A stretch of DNA of 32,000 nt, taken from assembly GCA_965250005.1 (NCBI GenBank), contig OZ252279.1, positions 1,410,001 to 1,442,000 on the forward strand. The letters are read 5' to 3'. Both the position numbers and the translations under genes were made by a program. The notes below the pieces were generated by a model, which had not been told where the DNA came from, searched no databases, and was given only the letters and a program-made list of their open reading frames with translations. Positions within the stretch are counted from its first letter, which is position 1, and the number at the start of each line of letters is the position of its first letter. Shown here piece by piece: positions 7,852 through 16,675 of the stretch. Origin of the DNA: Demequinaceae bacterium (GTDB taxonomy: Bacteria > Actinomycetota > Actinomycetes > Actinomycetales > Demequinaceae).

Positions 7852-9546
7852 ATGACAGAGTCGGGAGCCGCCGAGCCCGCAGGCGTTGCGCCCGGAAAAT
7901 CACTTGCCCGCCACTCGACTGTGATGGCGGCGGGTACCGCGACGTCACGCTTCCTCGGATTCATTCGCGCCACGCTCATGATCGCAGCGATTGGCGCCAC
8001 GACAGGCGTGGCCGACGCGTTCGATGCGGCCAATAAGATCCCGAGCATCCTGTACGCACTGATCGCGTCCGGTGTGCTCAACGCCGTGCTTGTCCCGCAA
8101 ATTGTCCGCGCCTTTGCGCGTAAAGGCGGCAAGCGATCAGTCGACCGCATTCTCACCCTCGGCGGCACGCTCGTCTTCGCCATCAGCATCGTCTTCACCT
8201 CCCTCGCGACCCTGGCTATCGCGGTGGTCTACCACGAGGACTCGCCCGCGCTTGTCGCACTGGCCGTCGCCTTCGCCTTCTGGTGCATTCCCCAACTCTT
8301 CTTCTACGGCATGTACACACTGCTGGGACAAGTTCTCAACTCTCGCGAGCAGTTCGGCCCATACATGTGGGCACCGGTCGCGAACAACATCGTAGGAATA
8401 GCGGGCCTGCTTGCCTACCTCGCCATCTTTGGGCAGCACGCAGGCGGCGCGGACGTTGACATCGCCCAAACGTGGACCGCTGGCCGGATCGCGCTGCTCG
8501 CGGGAGTCGCGACGCTTGGGATCGCAGTTCAAGCCACCGTACTGATCATCCCGCTGGTTCGCGGTGGCTACCGCTGGCGTTGGAAGTGGCGCGGCCCCAA
8601 GGGCGAATTGGACGGAGTCAAGCGGGTGGCCGGTTGGGCGCTCGCGGCCGTCCTGCTGGAACAGGTCGGAATCGCTTGGACCGTACGCATCGCCTCGGGC
8701 GCTCGCGGCGCCGCCGACGCGCTCGATTACGTGGGCGACATCGCGGGAAACGCCGTGTACTCGTACGCGCTCGTCATCTACCTAGTCCCGCACTCGCTCG
8801 TGACGGTATCAATCGTGACGGCGCTCTTCACGGGGATGTCGCGCTTCGCGGCGGCTGGAGATATGGCGGGATTACGCGGAGAACTGTCCCGGGGCCTGCG
8901 CACCATCGCCATATTCACGGTCTTCTCAACGGTTGCGCTCGTGGTCCTCGCGCCGCTTGCCGTGCGCGTCATCTATCCCAGCGCCACCACCGAGGAAGTC
9001 GCCACCATCGCAAGCGTGCTCACCGCCATGAGCCTCGGCCTTGTCGCGCTAGGCGCCATGGTGCTCATCAAGATGGTCTACTTCGCGCTCGAAGACGGAA
9101 GGTCAATCTTCTTCATCCACATCCCCATGACCATCACGCTCGTGGGTGTCTCCCTAATCGGTCAGGCGACACTCCACCCGCGCTGGTGGGTCGTAGGAAT
9201 CGCCGCTGGGCTTGCCGCATCGAATGTCGTTGCCATGGCCCTGCGGATGGCTGGGCTACAGAGAAAACTGGGCGGAATCGATGGTCGTCGCGTAGCCCGC
9301 ACGCACGTTCTCGCGATCGTCGCGGCGGTCCCCGCCGGTGCGGCGGGCTGGCTCCTGGTGCAGGCGGCTCCGAACCTAGCCGATAGCTCTCGCTTGGCCG
9401 CCGTTGGCCTCGCGGCGTCGTGGTGCGCGGGCATCGGGATTGCGATGCTCGCTCTTTACAGCATTGCGCTGTGGGCTCTTCGCGTGAGCGAGTGGCGGGA
9501 CGCAGCCGCGCCCATCCTGCGCAAACTTGGTATCCGCGTAACATAG
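7852..9546 (+). CDS. murJ: Lipid II flippase MurJ (MviN)
   Basis: 564-aa polytopic membrane protein. The N-terminus STVMAAGTATSRFLGFIRATLMIAAIG is the characteristic MurJ start. ATG 7852 lies 1 nt after the upstream stop. Confidence 0.85.
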   Translation: MTESGAAEPAGVAPGKSLARHSTVMAAGTATSRFLGFIRATLMIAAIGATTGVADAFDAANKIPSILYALIASGVLNAVLVPQIVRAFARKGGKRSVDRILTLGGTLVFAISIVFTSLATLAIAVVYHEDSPALVALAVAFAFWCIPQLFFYGMYTLLGQVLNSREQFGPYMWAPVANNIVGIAGLLAYLAIFGQHAGGADVDIAQTWTAGRIALLAGVATLGIAVQATVLIIPLVRGGYRWRWKWRGPKGELDGVKRVAGWALAAVLLEQVGIAWTVRIASGARGAADALDYVGDIAGNAVYSYALVIYLVPHSLVTVSIVTALFTGMSRFAAAGDMAGLRGELSRGLRTIAIFTVFSTVALVVLAPLAVRVIYPSATTEEVATIASVLTAMSLGLVALGAMVLIKMVYFALEDGRSIFFIHIPMTITLVGVSLIGQATLHPRWWVVGIAAGLAASNVVAMALRMAGLQRKLGGIDGRRVARTHVLAIVAAVPAGAAGWLLVQAAPNLADSSRLAAVGLAASWCAGIGIAMLALYSIALWALRVSEWRDAAAPILRKLGIRVT

Positions 9547-9587
9547 CCCCACAGGACTTCGTAGATACTTCCTGGGGGAAGGTGGCC

Positions 9588-10772
9588 GTGCGACAAGGGT
9601 TGACTCTCGACGGACGGTTCGTCCTGGTCGAGCGCCTAGAAGCGGTCGCCGCGGACACCGAGCATTGGCGGGCGACAGACACTCGGCTCGACAAGCCCGT
9701 CACCATTCTTGCCGTCTCAGGAGACCGCGCCGCTGCGGCTCTCGCAGCGGGCAACCAGGCGCGCCTCGTCAGGGACGGTCGGCTAGCACGAATCGTCAGG
9801 GTATTTCAAAGCGACGACGACCGACCAACCACCTATCTCGCGGTCGAGAGACCCCAAGGCACGGTCCTGGCGGACCTGCTTGAGCGGCGGCTACTGCCCG
9901 TTTCTATCGCCCGCGCGATCGTGGCTGGCGCGAGCGAAGCCCTCGCCGCCGCAGAAGAGAGAGGCCTGACCGGGGGTATTACCTCCCTCGATCTCACCGT
10001 TACCGCTCGCGGCAACGTAGCCGTCGCTAACGCAGGCCTCGGCGAGGCTGTTTCCGGCATCACGACATCGGCCGGTGCGTCACTTGCCCTCGTTTTCCGT
10101 GACGCCATTGCATTGGGCGACGACCTTCCGGCGACTATTGAGCCGAGCGAACACCGCCTCATCCAAGATGCTGCGGCCGGCAAGGAAATCGCGCTCGCCG
10201 CCGTGTTGACGGCCCTCAGTCGTGCTCCGGTTGGCACACTCCACGGGCTCCGCTCAGCGGCGCGCGCCTTCCCCTGGCGCTACGAAGCCGACCAACCAGC
10301 GCTAACCACGGTGACCGAGGTCACCACCGACGAGCCGTCGGTTGTCACGCAACCGGCACCCGAGACGAGTGCACCGCACTCGACGCTCACTCCGGCATCG
10401 GAGCCCACCACCCAAGACGAGGACCGATGGGAGTTCGAGGAACTCGTCGATGAACGCGCAACCGACCTCAGCGGCCAGACCACCGTCGCCGAGGCATTCT
10501 TCGCCCTCATGCACCGCCAATTTCCGGAGTCGGCGCGCTTCACCGAGCGACTTGAACGGGCGCACGCACGCGCCGCCGCGGGCCCACGTATCAACGCGAC
10601 TCCATGGCTGATGGTGGGCTTCTTCGGGTTCATCATCACCATGGGATGGATGGCATACACGTGGGCCGCCACGCCATTTGAACCCACGTTTGATCTCCGT
10701 AATCCTCCTCCACAGTCGTACCCGGAGTACACAAGCGGACCAACAGCGACACCAAGTTCAGGCGGCGCGTAG
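9588..10772 (+). CDS. Stand-alone protein-kinase-like pseudokinase with a Thr/Pro-rich linker and a C-terminal TM anchor (equivalent to the MviN intracellular domain of mycobacteria)
   Basis: The kinase-like fold order is recognisable (LDGRFVLVERL..., KPVTILAV, YLAVERPQGTVLADLL). The catalytic motifs are degenerate: there is no GxGxxG, no VAIK Lys, no HRD, and the DFG region reads NAGLG. One TM helix (WLMVGFFGFIITMGWMAYTW) sits near the C-terminus. I place the start at GTG 9588 (or 9582), preceded by GGGGGAAGG. The track start at 9420 would overlap murJ by 127 nt. Confidence 0.55.
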   Translation: MRQGLTLDGRFVLVERLEAVAADTEHWRATDTRLDKPVTILAVSGDRAAAALAAGNQARLVRDGRLARIVRVFQSDDDRPTTYLAVERPQGTVLADLLERRLLPVSIARAIVAGASEALAAAEERGLTGGITSLDLTVTARGNVAVANAGLGEAVSGITTSAGASLALVFRDAIALGDDLPATIEPSEHRLIQDAAAGKEIALAAVLTALSRAPVGTLHGLRSAARAFPWRYEADQPALTTVTEVTTDEPSVVTQPAPETSAPHSTLTPASEPTTQDEDRWEFEELVDERATDLSGQTTVAEAFFALMHRQFPESARFTERLERAHARAAAGPRINATPWLMVGFFGFIITMGWMAYTWAATPFEPTFDLRNPPPQSYPEYTSGPTATPSSGGA

Positions 10773-10787
10773 CGCAGGCTTTGGCAC

Positions 10788-10814
10788 GGGAACAGATGAG
10801 CCGTAGCATCTGTT
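10788..10814 (+). promoter_or_regulatory. Candidate SigH/SigR-type (redox-stress ECF sigma) promoter of trxB-trxA: GGGAAC-N18-GTT
   Basis: GGGAAC lies at 10788-10793, followed by an 18-nt spacer and GTT at 10812-14, about 55 nt upstream of the trxB GTG. This matches the GGAA(T/C)-N17-19-GTT consensus known to drive trxBA in Streptomyces, Mycobacterium and Corynebacterium. It is a motif match only. Confidence 0.4.
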
Positions 10815-10869
10815 ATGAACACAGACGCCAGTGAGGCGCACAAGAAATCAATAGACACGAGGAAATATC

Positions 10870-12210
10870 GTGAGCGACACCCGCAAGGTCATCATCATCG
10901 GCTCAGGCCCGGCTGGCTACACGGCCGCGATTTACGCTGCGCGCGCAGGCCTTGAGCCTCTCGTCATTGCAGGCTCTGTCACCGCGGGCGGCGCCCTCAT
11001 GACCACCACCGAGGTAGAGAACTTCCCCGGCTTTGTCGAAGGAATCCAAGGTCCCGAGCTCATGGACACGCTCCAGGCCCAGGCCGAAAAATTTGGTGCG
11101 GAAGTCCTCTTTGACGACGTCTCTGAAGTATCTCTCGTCGGCCCCGCAAAGACCGCCACGACGGCCACAGGAAAAAGCTTCTCCGCCGAGGCAATCATCC
11201 TGGCCACGGGATCCGCTTACCGCGAGCTCGGCCTGCCGAACGAGAAGCGGCTCTCCGGCAAGGGCGTGTCATGGTGCGCCACGTGCGACGGCTTCTTCTT
11301 CAAGGAACAGGATGTTGTAGTCGTCGGTGGCGGCGATAGCGCCGTCGAAGAGGCGACCTTCCTCACTCGCTTTGCGAAGCGCGTCCGAATCATCCACCGC
11401 CGAGATGAACTGCGCGCGTCAAAGTTCATGGTTGACCGCGCAATGAACGACCCAAAGATCGAGTTCGTCTGGGACTCCGAAGTCATCGAGGTCGAGGGCG
11501 AGGACAAGGTCACCGGCGTGCGCATCAACAACGTCAAGACCGGCGAAGAGACACTGCTCGAAGCAACCGGCATGTTCGTTGCGATCGGTCACGACCCGCG
11601 AAACGAGCTCCTGAACGGGGTTGTCGACCTCGACGACGCGGGTTACGTCAAGGTTCAGGGGCGCACCACTCTTACCAATGTTGAGGGTGTTTTCGCCTGC
11701 GGCGACCTGGTGGACAGCCACTACCGCCAGGCGATCACCGCGGCTGGTTCTGGCTGCGCCGCCGCGCTGGACGCCGGTCACTACTTGGACGACCTCGCGG
11801 ACGGCGTCACCAAGGAGCCCGTGAAAGCGGTCGCCAATTCGGCTGCGTCGATCCCTGGCGCTACTGCCTCGGTTCCGGCTGCGCCCACGGCCCCCATTCA
11901 CTCAACCGATGCTGATTTTGAGAAGGACGTCATCAAATCCGACCTACCAGTCGTCGTTGACTTTTGGGCCGAGTGGTGCGGCCCATGCCGCGCCGTCGCG
12001 CCGATCTTGGACGAGCTCGCCGGCGAGTACGCGGGCAGGATCAAGATTGTCAAAATCGACACTGATGCCAACCCGGAGTCCGCGATGGCGTACGGCGTCA
12101 CCTCGATTCCTACGATGAACTTCTACAAGGGCGGAGATCTCGTTAAGTCCATCACCGGTGCACGGCCCAAGCCCGCCCTCACCAAGTTGTTCGACGAGGT
12201 GCTCGGCTAG
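10870..12210 (+). CDS. trxB: Thioredoxin reductase fused in frame to thioredoxin (TrxB-TrxA single polypeptide)
   Basis: 446-aa uninterrupted ORF. The N-terminal part (about 310 aa) has the TrxB motifs [10 protein letters not shown] (FAD), CATCDG (redox disulfide) and [10 protein letters not shown] (NADPH). A linker of about 35 aa rich in Ala/Pro/Ser follows. The C-terminal part (about 105 aa) is a thioredoxin fold with [10 protein letters not shown] and TSIPT. GAGGAAA lies 4 nt before the GTG start. Confidence 0.85.
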   Translation: MSDTRKVIIIGSGPAGYTAAIYAARAGLEPLVIAGSVTAGGALMTTTEVENFPGFVEGIQGPELMDTLQAQAEKFGAEVLFDDVSEVSLVGPAKTATTATGKSFSAEAIILATGSAYRELGLPNEKRLSGKGVSWCATCDGFFFKEQDVVVVGGGDSAVEEATFLTRFAKRVRIIHRRDELRASKFMVDRAMNDPKIEFVWDSEVIEVEGEDKVTGVRINNVKTGEETLLEATGMFVAIGHDPRNELLNGVVDLDDAGYVKVQGRTTLTNVEGVFACGDLVDSHYRQAITAAGSGCAAALDAGHYLDDLADGVTKEPVKAVANSAASIPGATASVPAAPTAPIHSTDADFEKDVIKSDLPVVVDFWAEWCGPCRAVAPILDELAGEYAGRIKIVKIDTDANPESAMAYGVTSIPTMNFYKGGDLVKSITGARPKPALTKLFDEVLG

Positions 12211-12240
12211 TTCTTCGGATTCGCGTTGGAGCGCTGAGCG

Positions 12241-12270
12241 GCCGGGATCTGCAAGGGTCCCGGCTTTCTC
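12241..12270 (+). terminator. Intrinsic terminator after trxB-trxA
   Basis: The stem GCCGGGAUCU / GGGGUCCCGGC has 7 Watson-Crick pairs extended by G-U/C-G pairs. It closes a GCAA (GNRA) tetraloop at 12251-12254 and is followed by TTTCTC. The element starts 31 nt after the stop codon. Confidence 0.55.
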
Positions 12271-12316
12271 GTACGCCGATCACCCGCACCCGGCAAGGCA
12301 TGAAAGAATCGCGCAC

Positions 12317-13627
12317 ATGACGAACAACACGTACCCGGAATCGGAAGGCACCCGGCTCGACCCCTGGCTCGAGTCCTATGCGTCGCGCGCCAACGCGATG
12401 CGCGCCTCCGAGATCCGCGCGCTGTTCGCCGTCGCCAACCGCCCGGAGGTGGTGTCGCTCGCCGGCGGTATGCCGTATATCGCAGGCCTGCCGCTCGAAG
12501 AGATTGGCGAGATTATCAAACGGGTGATCATCGAGCGCGGCACCACGGCGCTGCAATACGGCTCCGGCCAGGGCGACGAGGGCCTGCGTGAGCAGATCAT
12601 AGAAGTCATGAAACTCGAGGGAATCCACGCACATCCCGACGATGTGGTGGTCACCACGGGGTCGCAACAGGCGCTGGACCTCGTGACAAAAATCTTCATT
12701 GATCCCGGCGACGTGGTGATCGCTGAAGCACCTTCATACGTGGGCGCGCTTGGCGTATTCCGCGCTCATGAAGCCGAGGTGGTCCACGTCGAAATGGATG
12801 CGGACGGTCTGGTCCCGTCAGCACTAGAAGAGACCCTCACCCACCTGAAATCCGCGGGGAAACGGGTCAAGTTCCTCTACACCGTGCCGAATTTCCACAA
12901 CCCCGCTGGCGTCACGCTGAGCGCCGAGCGGCGTCCTCAAGTACTCGACATCGCGAAGCGGTTCGGACTCCTCGTTCTAGAAGACAACCCGTACGGCTTG
13001 CTCGGATTCGATGGAGATCCACTTCCGGCAATGCGGTCGATGAGCGACGATGGCGTGATCTACCTCGGCACTTTCTCCAAGACCCTCGCCCCTGGCTTCC
13101 GCGTTGGCTGGGCTGTGGCCCCGCACGCGGTCCGAGAGAAGCTCGTCCTCGCGTCCGAGGCGGCCATCTTATGCCCGTCGAATGCGTCGCAGTTGGCCAT
13201 ATCGAGCTACCTCGACCACCACGACTGGAAGGGTCAGATCAAGAGTTTCAAGGAACAGTACCGGGAGCGGCGAGACGCCACCATCGATGCGCTGGAGGAG
13301 TTCATTCCTGCGGCATCGTGGACCGTCCCCGCCGGCGGCTTCTACACCTGGGTCACGCTGCCGGAAGGCATCGACTCCAAGTCCATGTTGCCGCGCGCCG
13401 TCACCGCAAGAGTCGCCTACGTTCCCGGCACCGCGTTCTACATGGACGGCCAGGGTGCCGACCACATGCGGCTCTCATACTGCTACCCCACCCCTGAGCG
13501 CATTCGCGAAGGCGTCCGGCGCCTCGCGGGAGTAGTCAACGCAGAATCTGAATTGGTCCGAATCTTCGGAACCGGCGCCAGCCAGGGCGGCGGCACCGTT
13601 TCCTTCCCCTCGCCCGACATCGCCTAA
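12317..13627 (+). CDS. PLP-dependent aminotransferase, class I/II fold (ARO8/LysN-like, no HTH domain)
   Basis: The start is re-called to ATG 12317 (MTNNTYPESEG...), because the track's upstream extension from 12158 overlaps trxB-trxA and the terminator. Motifs include RASEIRALF, LAGGMPY, NFHNPAGV, and TFSKTLAPGFRVGW, which carries the PLP-binding Lys. Confidence 0.8.
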   Translation: MTNNTYPESEGTRLDPWLESYASRANAMRASEIRALFAVANRPEVVSLAGGMPYIAGLPLEEIGEIIKRVIIERGTTALQYGSGQGDEGLREQIIEVMKLEGIHAHPDDVVVTTGSQQALDLVTKIFIDPGDVVIAEAPSYVGALGVFRAHEAEVVHVEMDADGLVPSALEETLTHLKSAGKRVKFLYTVPNFHNPAGVTLSAERRPQVLDIAKRFGLLVLEDNPYGLLGFDGDPLPAMRSMSDDGVIYLGTFSKTLAPGFRVGWAVAPHAVREKLVLASEAAILCPSNASQLAISSYLDHHDWKGQIKSFKEQYRERRDATIDALEEFIPAASWTVPAGGFYTWVTLPEGIDSKSMLPRAVTARVAYVPGTAFYMDGQGADHMRLSYCYPTPERIREGVRRLAGVVNAESELVRIFGTGASQGGGTVSFPSPDIA

Positions 13628-13652
13628 TACGCTCGAAGCCTAGGAGGCTGCC

Positions 13653-14579
13653 ATGGACGTGCTGATTCTCGCTGGAGGACTCTCGCACGAACGCGACGTG
13701 TCAATTCGATCGGGGCGACGCGTGGCGGAGGCACTACGTGGGGCCGGCGCCCGCACGGAAATATCCGACATTGACGCCGCCTTGATTCCGTCTTTGTTTA
13801 AACTTGGGAAAACCGTGGTGTGGCCCTTGCTCCACGGTGCCTCGGGCGAGGATGGCTCACTTCAAGACGTCCTAGAAATGTGTGGCGTGACGTTTGTGGG
13901 CACGGACCCACGGGCAGCGCGCGTCGCTTGGTCGAAGCCCGTCGCCAAAACGATCATGCAACGGGCGGGCGTCGCCACTCCCGGTTTTGTGACGCTACCG
14001 CACAGCCTCTTCCGCGAGCTCGGCGCCGATCACGTTCTGGACGCCGTCGAGTCCAAACTCGGGCTGCCGCTCGTCGTGAAACCCGCGCGCGGAGGCTCTG
14101 CCCTAGGCGTCACTACAGTGACCGACCGGGCGGATCTGCCGCGCGCGATGGTCGACTGCTTCGCCTACGGGGACGTCGCGCTGGTCGAGCAAGCGGTCAC
14201 GGGCACCGAAGTTGCGGTGAGCGTCGTCGGCACTGGCGCGGACGCCTACGCACTGCCCGCCGTCGAAGTCGTCACGGACGGCAACTACGACTACGACGCG
14301 CGATACAACGCGGGGCGGGTCCAGTACTTCGCACCCGCTCGGTTCGAAGCGTCCATTACCGACAGGGTCGCCGCCGCAGCCCTCGCCACGCACCGCGAGC
14401 TCGGCCTGCGCCACCTTTCTCGCGTGGACATAATTGTTGACGACGCTGGCATACCTCAGATGCTCGAAGTCAACGTGTCGCCCGGGATGACCGAGACATC
14501 GCTGTTCCCCCAGGCCGTGGAGGCCGCAGGACGCGACCTCGGCGAGGTCTACAAGGAGATCGTAGCCGCCGCGGGCTAG
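13653..14579 (+). CDS. ddl: D-alanine--D-alanine ligase (short DdlB-type ATP-grasp)
   Basis: 308 aa with motifs LAGGLSHERDVSIRSG, LHGASGEDGSLQDVLE, VVKPARGGSALGV and LEVNVSPGMTETSLFP. A strong AGGAGG lies 6 nt before the ATG, and the gene is 25 nt downstream of the aminotransferase. Confidence 0.8.
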   Translation: MDVLILAGGLSHERDVSIRSGRRVAEALRGAGARTEISDIDAALIPSLFKLGKTVVWPLLHGASGEDGSLQDVLEMCGVTFVGTDPRAARVAWSKPVAKTIMQRAGVATPGFVTLPHSLFRELGADHVLDAVESKLGLPLVVKPARGGSALGVTTVTDRADLPRAMVDCFAYGDVALVEQAVTGTEVAVSVVGTGADAYALPAVEVVTDGNYDYDARYNAGRVQYFAPARFEASITDRVAAAALATHRELGLRHLSRVDIIVDDAGIPQMLEVNVSPGMTETSLFPQAVEAAGRDLGEVYKEIVAAAG

Positions 14580-14594
14580 TCGACGTACCTCGCG

Positions 14595-15569
14595 CTAGCT
14601 GTTGAAGCCGGGGTCCTTCGGGTTGATGAGGGTCGCAATGCGATCCAGATCCTCGACCGACGCAAACTCGATGACGATCTTGCCCTTAGAGCGGCCGAGG
14701 TCAATCTTGACGCGGGTATCCAGGTGATCGCCCAGGCGCCCCGCGAGCTCATCCAGCGCCCCTGTACGGCCCCCTGCGCGGACGGAACCCTTCTTGCCCG
14801 GCTTCGCCTTCGCTCCGAGCACTACGGCCTCCTCGGTGGCACGCACGGACAGCCCTTCTGCAACGATTCGCTGCGCCAGCTGCTCGATCGCCGTGGGCTC
14901 GCTAAGGCCCAGAAGCGCGCGCGCATGCCCCGCGCTAAGGACCCCGGCTGCGACACGTCGCTGGACCGGCGGCGGAAGCTTGAGCAGTCGCAAGGTATTG
15001 GAGATTTGCGGCCGCGAGCAGGAGATCTGATCCGCTAGCTGTTCGTGAGTGATGTCGAAATCGTCGAGCAGTTGCTGATAGGCGGCCGCCTCTTCCAAGG
15101 GGTTGAGCTGCGACCGGTGAAGGTTCTCCACCAGTGCGTCACGGAGCATGACCGTGTCGTCCGTCTTGCGAATAATCGCGGGAATTGCGTCGAGGCCGGC
15201 CTCCTTGGTGGCGCGCAACCGGCGCTCACCCATGATGAGTTCGTAACCGGCACCTGCGGGGTTCGGGCGCACAACAATGGGCTGGAGCACGCCAACTTCT
15301 CTGATGGAACCAACCAGTTCAGCGAGCGCGTCCTCGTCGAAGACGGTGCGCGGCTGCCGGGCGTTCGGGGCAACCTCTGCGGGGTCGAGATACGCAAACG
15401 ACGCCCCCGGGACCGGAACCAGGTCAGGGCCGTCGACGGTCGCGGAACCGCCCGTTGACGGGGCGAAGAACACGTCGCTCGGCCTGGCTGCTTCCTGGCC
15501 CTCCGTCGGGATGAGGGCGCCAAGTCCTCGCCCGAGGCCTCGCTTCTGCGCGCTCACTTGCTTCCCCAC
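14595..15569 (-). CDS. parB: Chromosome partitioning protein ParB
   Basis: 324 aa with the ParB box [17 protein letters not shown], an HTH region and a C-terminal dimerisation segment. It overlaps the parA stop by 16 nt. Confidence 0.9.
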   Translation of the reverse strand: MGKQVSAQKRGLGRGLGALIPTEGQEAARPSDVFFAPSTGGSATVDGPDLVPVPGASFAYLDPAEVAPNARQPRTVFDEDALAELVGSIREVGVLQPIVVRPNPAGAGYELIMGERRLRATKEAGLDAIPAIIRKTDDTVMLRDALVENLHRSQLNPLEEAAAYQQLLDDFDITHEQLADQISCSRPQISNTLRLLKLPPPVQRRVAAGVLSAGHARALLGLSEPTAIEQLAQRIVAEGLSVRATEEAVVLGAKAKPGKKGSVRAGGRTGALDELAGRLGDHLDTRVKIDLGRSKGKIVIEFASVEDLDRIATLINPKDPGFNS

Positions 15570-16537
15570 TTCTCTACGCCGCGGACGGCGAACTCTTTAG
15601 CAACCGCGAGGTACGCGACAGCTCCTGTTGAATGCGGGTCATGTGTGATGACGGTCTGCCCAAAGCTGGGCGCTTCCGAGACCCGCACCGACCGCGGCAC
15701 GGTGACGCCGAGCGTCTGATCGGGGAAATGCCCGCGGACCTCGTCGGCCACGTCGCGCGCGAGGTTGGTGCGGCCGTCATACATCGTCAACACAATTGTT
15801 GAGACATGTATCGCTGGATTGAGGTGCTGCTTAACCATCTCGATGGTCTTGATGAGCTGCGTTAGTCCCTCGAGTGCGTAGTACTCACACTGAATGGGAA
15901 TCAGGACCTCGCCCGCGACAACCATGGCATTGAGCGTGAGGAGTCCGAGACTGGGAGGGCAGTCGATGAACACGTAGTCGAAGTCCGCGCCGTCGACTTT
16001 CAGGAAATCGCTGAGGGCATCCGCCAGTCGAAACTCGCGGCGCACCATCGACACCAGCTCGATATCGGCTCCCGCGAGGTCAATGGTCGCGGGGACGCAC
16101 ATGAGCGTGGGCAGCTGAGGGCACGGAACCATCACGTCGGCAATGCTCCTACCATCGATCATCACTTCATAGATAGAGGGCGTACCGCTGTGATGGTCGA
16201 CGCCCACGGCGGTCGACGCGTTACCCTGCGGGTCCGAATCAATGAGCAGGACTTTGGCGCCCTTGGCGGCCAGCGCGGCCGCCACGTTGACGCTAGTAGT
16301 GGTCTTGCCAACGCCGCCCTTTTGGTTGGAGACCGTGACCACACGAGTCTGAGCCGGGCGAGGAAACTCGGTCGCCTCAAGTTCGCGGCGCTTGCGCTCG
16401 GTGTCGAGCATTTCGCGCGCGAGCGGGCTGTCGTCATCGGCAAAGACGCCTGAGAAGGCGTCCGAGGACTGACTAGATGAACTCAAAATTCTCCCTGTCG
16501 CGGCTGATGCCGCGGCTCGTGGCGACTCCACGCCCAT
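15554..16537 (-). CDS. parA: Chromosome partitioning ATPase ParA (Soj)
   Basis: 327 aa with the deviant Walker [12 protein letters not shown] and an actinobacterial-type N-terminal extension of about 65 aa. The start is uncertain: ATG 16537 abuts parS, and the in-frame ATG at 16411 (MLDTERK...) is an alternative. Confidence 0.9.
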   Translation of the reverse strand: MGVESPRAAASAATGRILSSSSQSSDAFSGVFADDDSPLAREMLDTERKRRELEATEFPRPAQTRVVTVSNQKGGVGKTTTSVNVAAALAAKGAKVLLIDSDPQGNASTAVGVDHHSGTPSIYEVMIDGRSIADVMVPCPQLPTLMCVPATIDLAGADIELVSMVRREFRLADALSDFLKVDGADFDYVFIDCPPSLGLLTLNAMVVAGEVLIPIQCEYYALEGLTQLIKTIEMVKQHLNPAIHVSTIVLTMYDGRTNLARDVADEVRGHFPDQTLGVTVPRSVRVSEAPSFGQTVITHDPHSTGAVAYLAVAKEFAVRGVEKWGSK

Positions 16538-16552
16538 GTTTCACGTGAAACA
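16537..16552. promoter_or_regulatory. parS: parS centromere-like site, perfect 16-bp palindrome TGTTTCACGTGAAACA
   Basis: Exact match to the ParB-binding consensus TGTTNCACGTGAAACA. It lies immediately upstream of parA and shares 1 nt with its annotated start codon. Confidence 0.9.
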
Positions 16553-16675
16553 CGGACCCGCCAATACTGAAACGTGCTCACCCAAACCGGAAAAACCGGA
16601 GGGCTGGAGATATGACTCTAGCCCGTCGCGGTGACGAACGACTAGTCGGCCTCGTGGGATAGACCTTCTACGCGG

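Noticed and set aside
9420-9587. The upstream extension of the pseudokinase ORF overlaps the murJ 3' end. I considered whether murJ and the pseudokinase are a frameshifted single gene (pseudogenised fusion).
   Set aside because: murJ ends at a clean TAG after a plausible C-terminal cytoplasmic tail. The downstream gene has its own strong SD (GGGGGAAGG) and a GTG 36-42 nt later. The extension translates to an Arg/Ser-rich peptide with no kinase or MurJ features. I cannot exclude a sequencing error without reads, so this is also flagged as a finding.
13653-14579. Possible vancomycin-resistance-type ligase (vanA/B/C-like) because of the short ddl next to an accessory-looking gene
   Set aside because: No vanH dehydrogenase, vanX/Y peptidase, vanT racemase or vanRS two-component genes are adjacent. 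The sequence shows DdlB-like motifs, and there is no mobile-element context.
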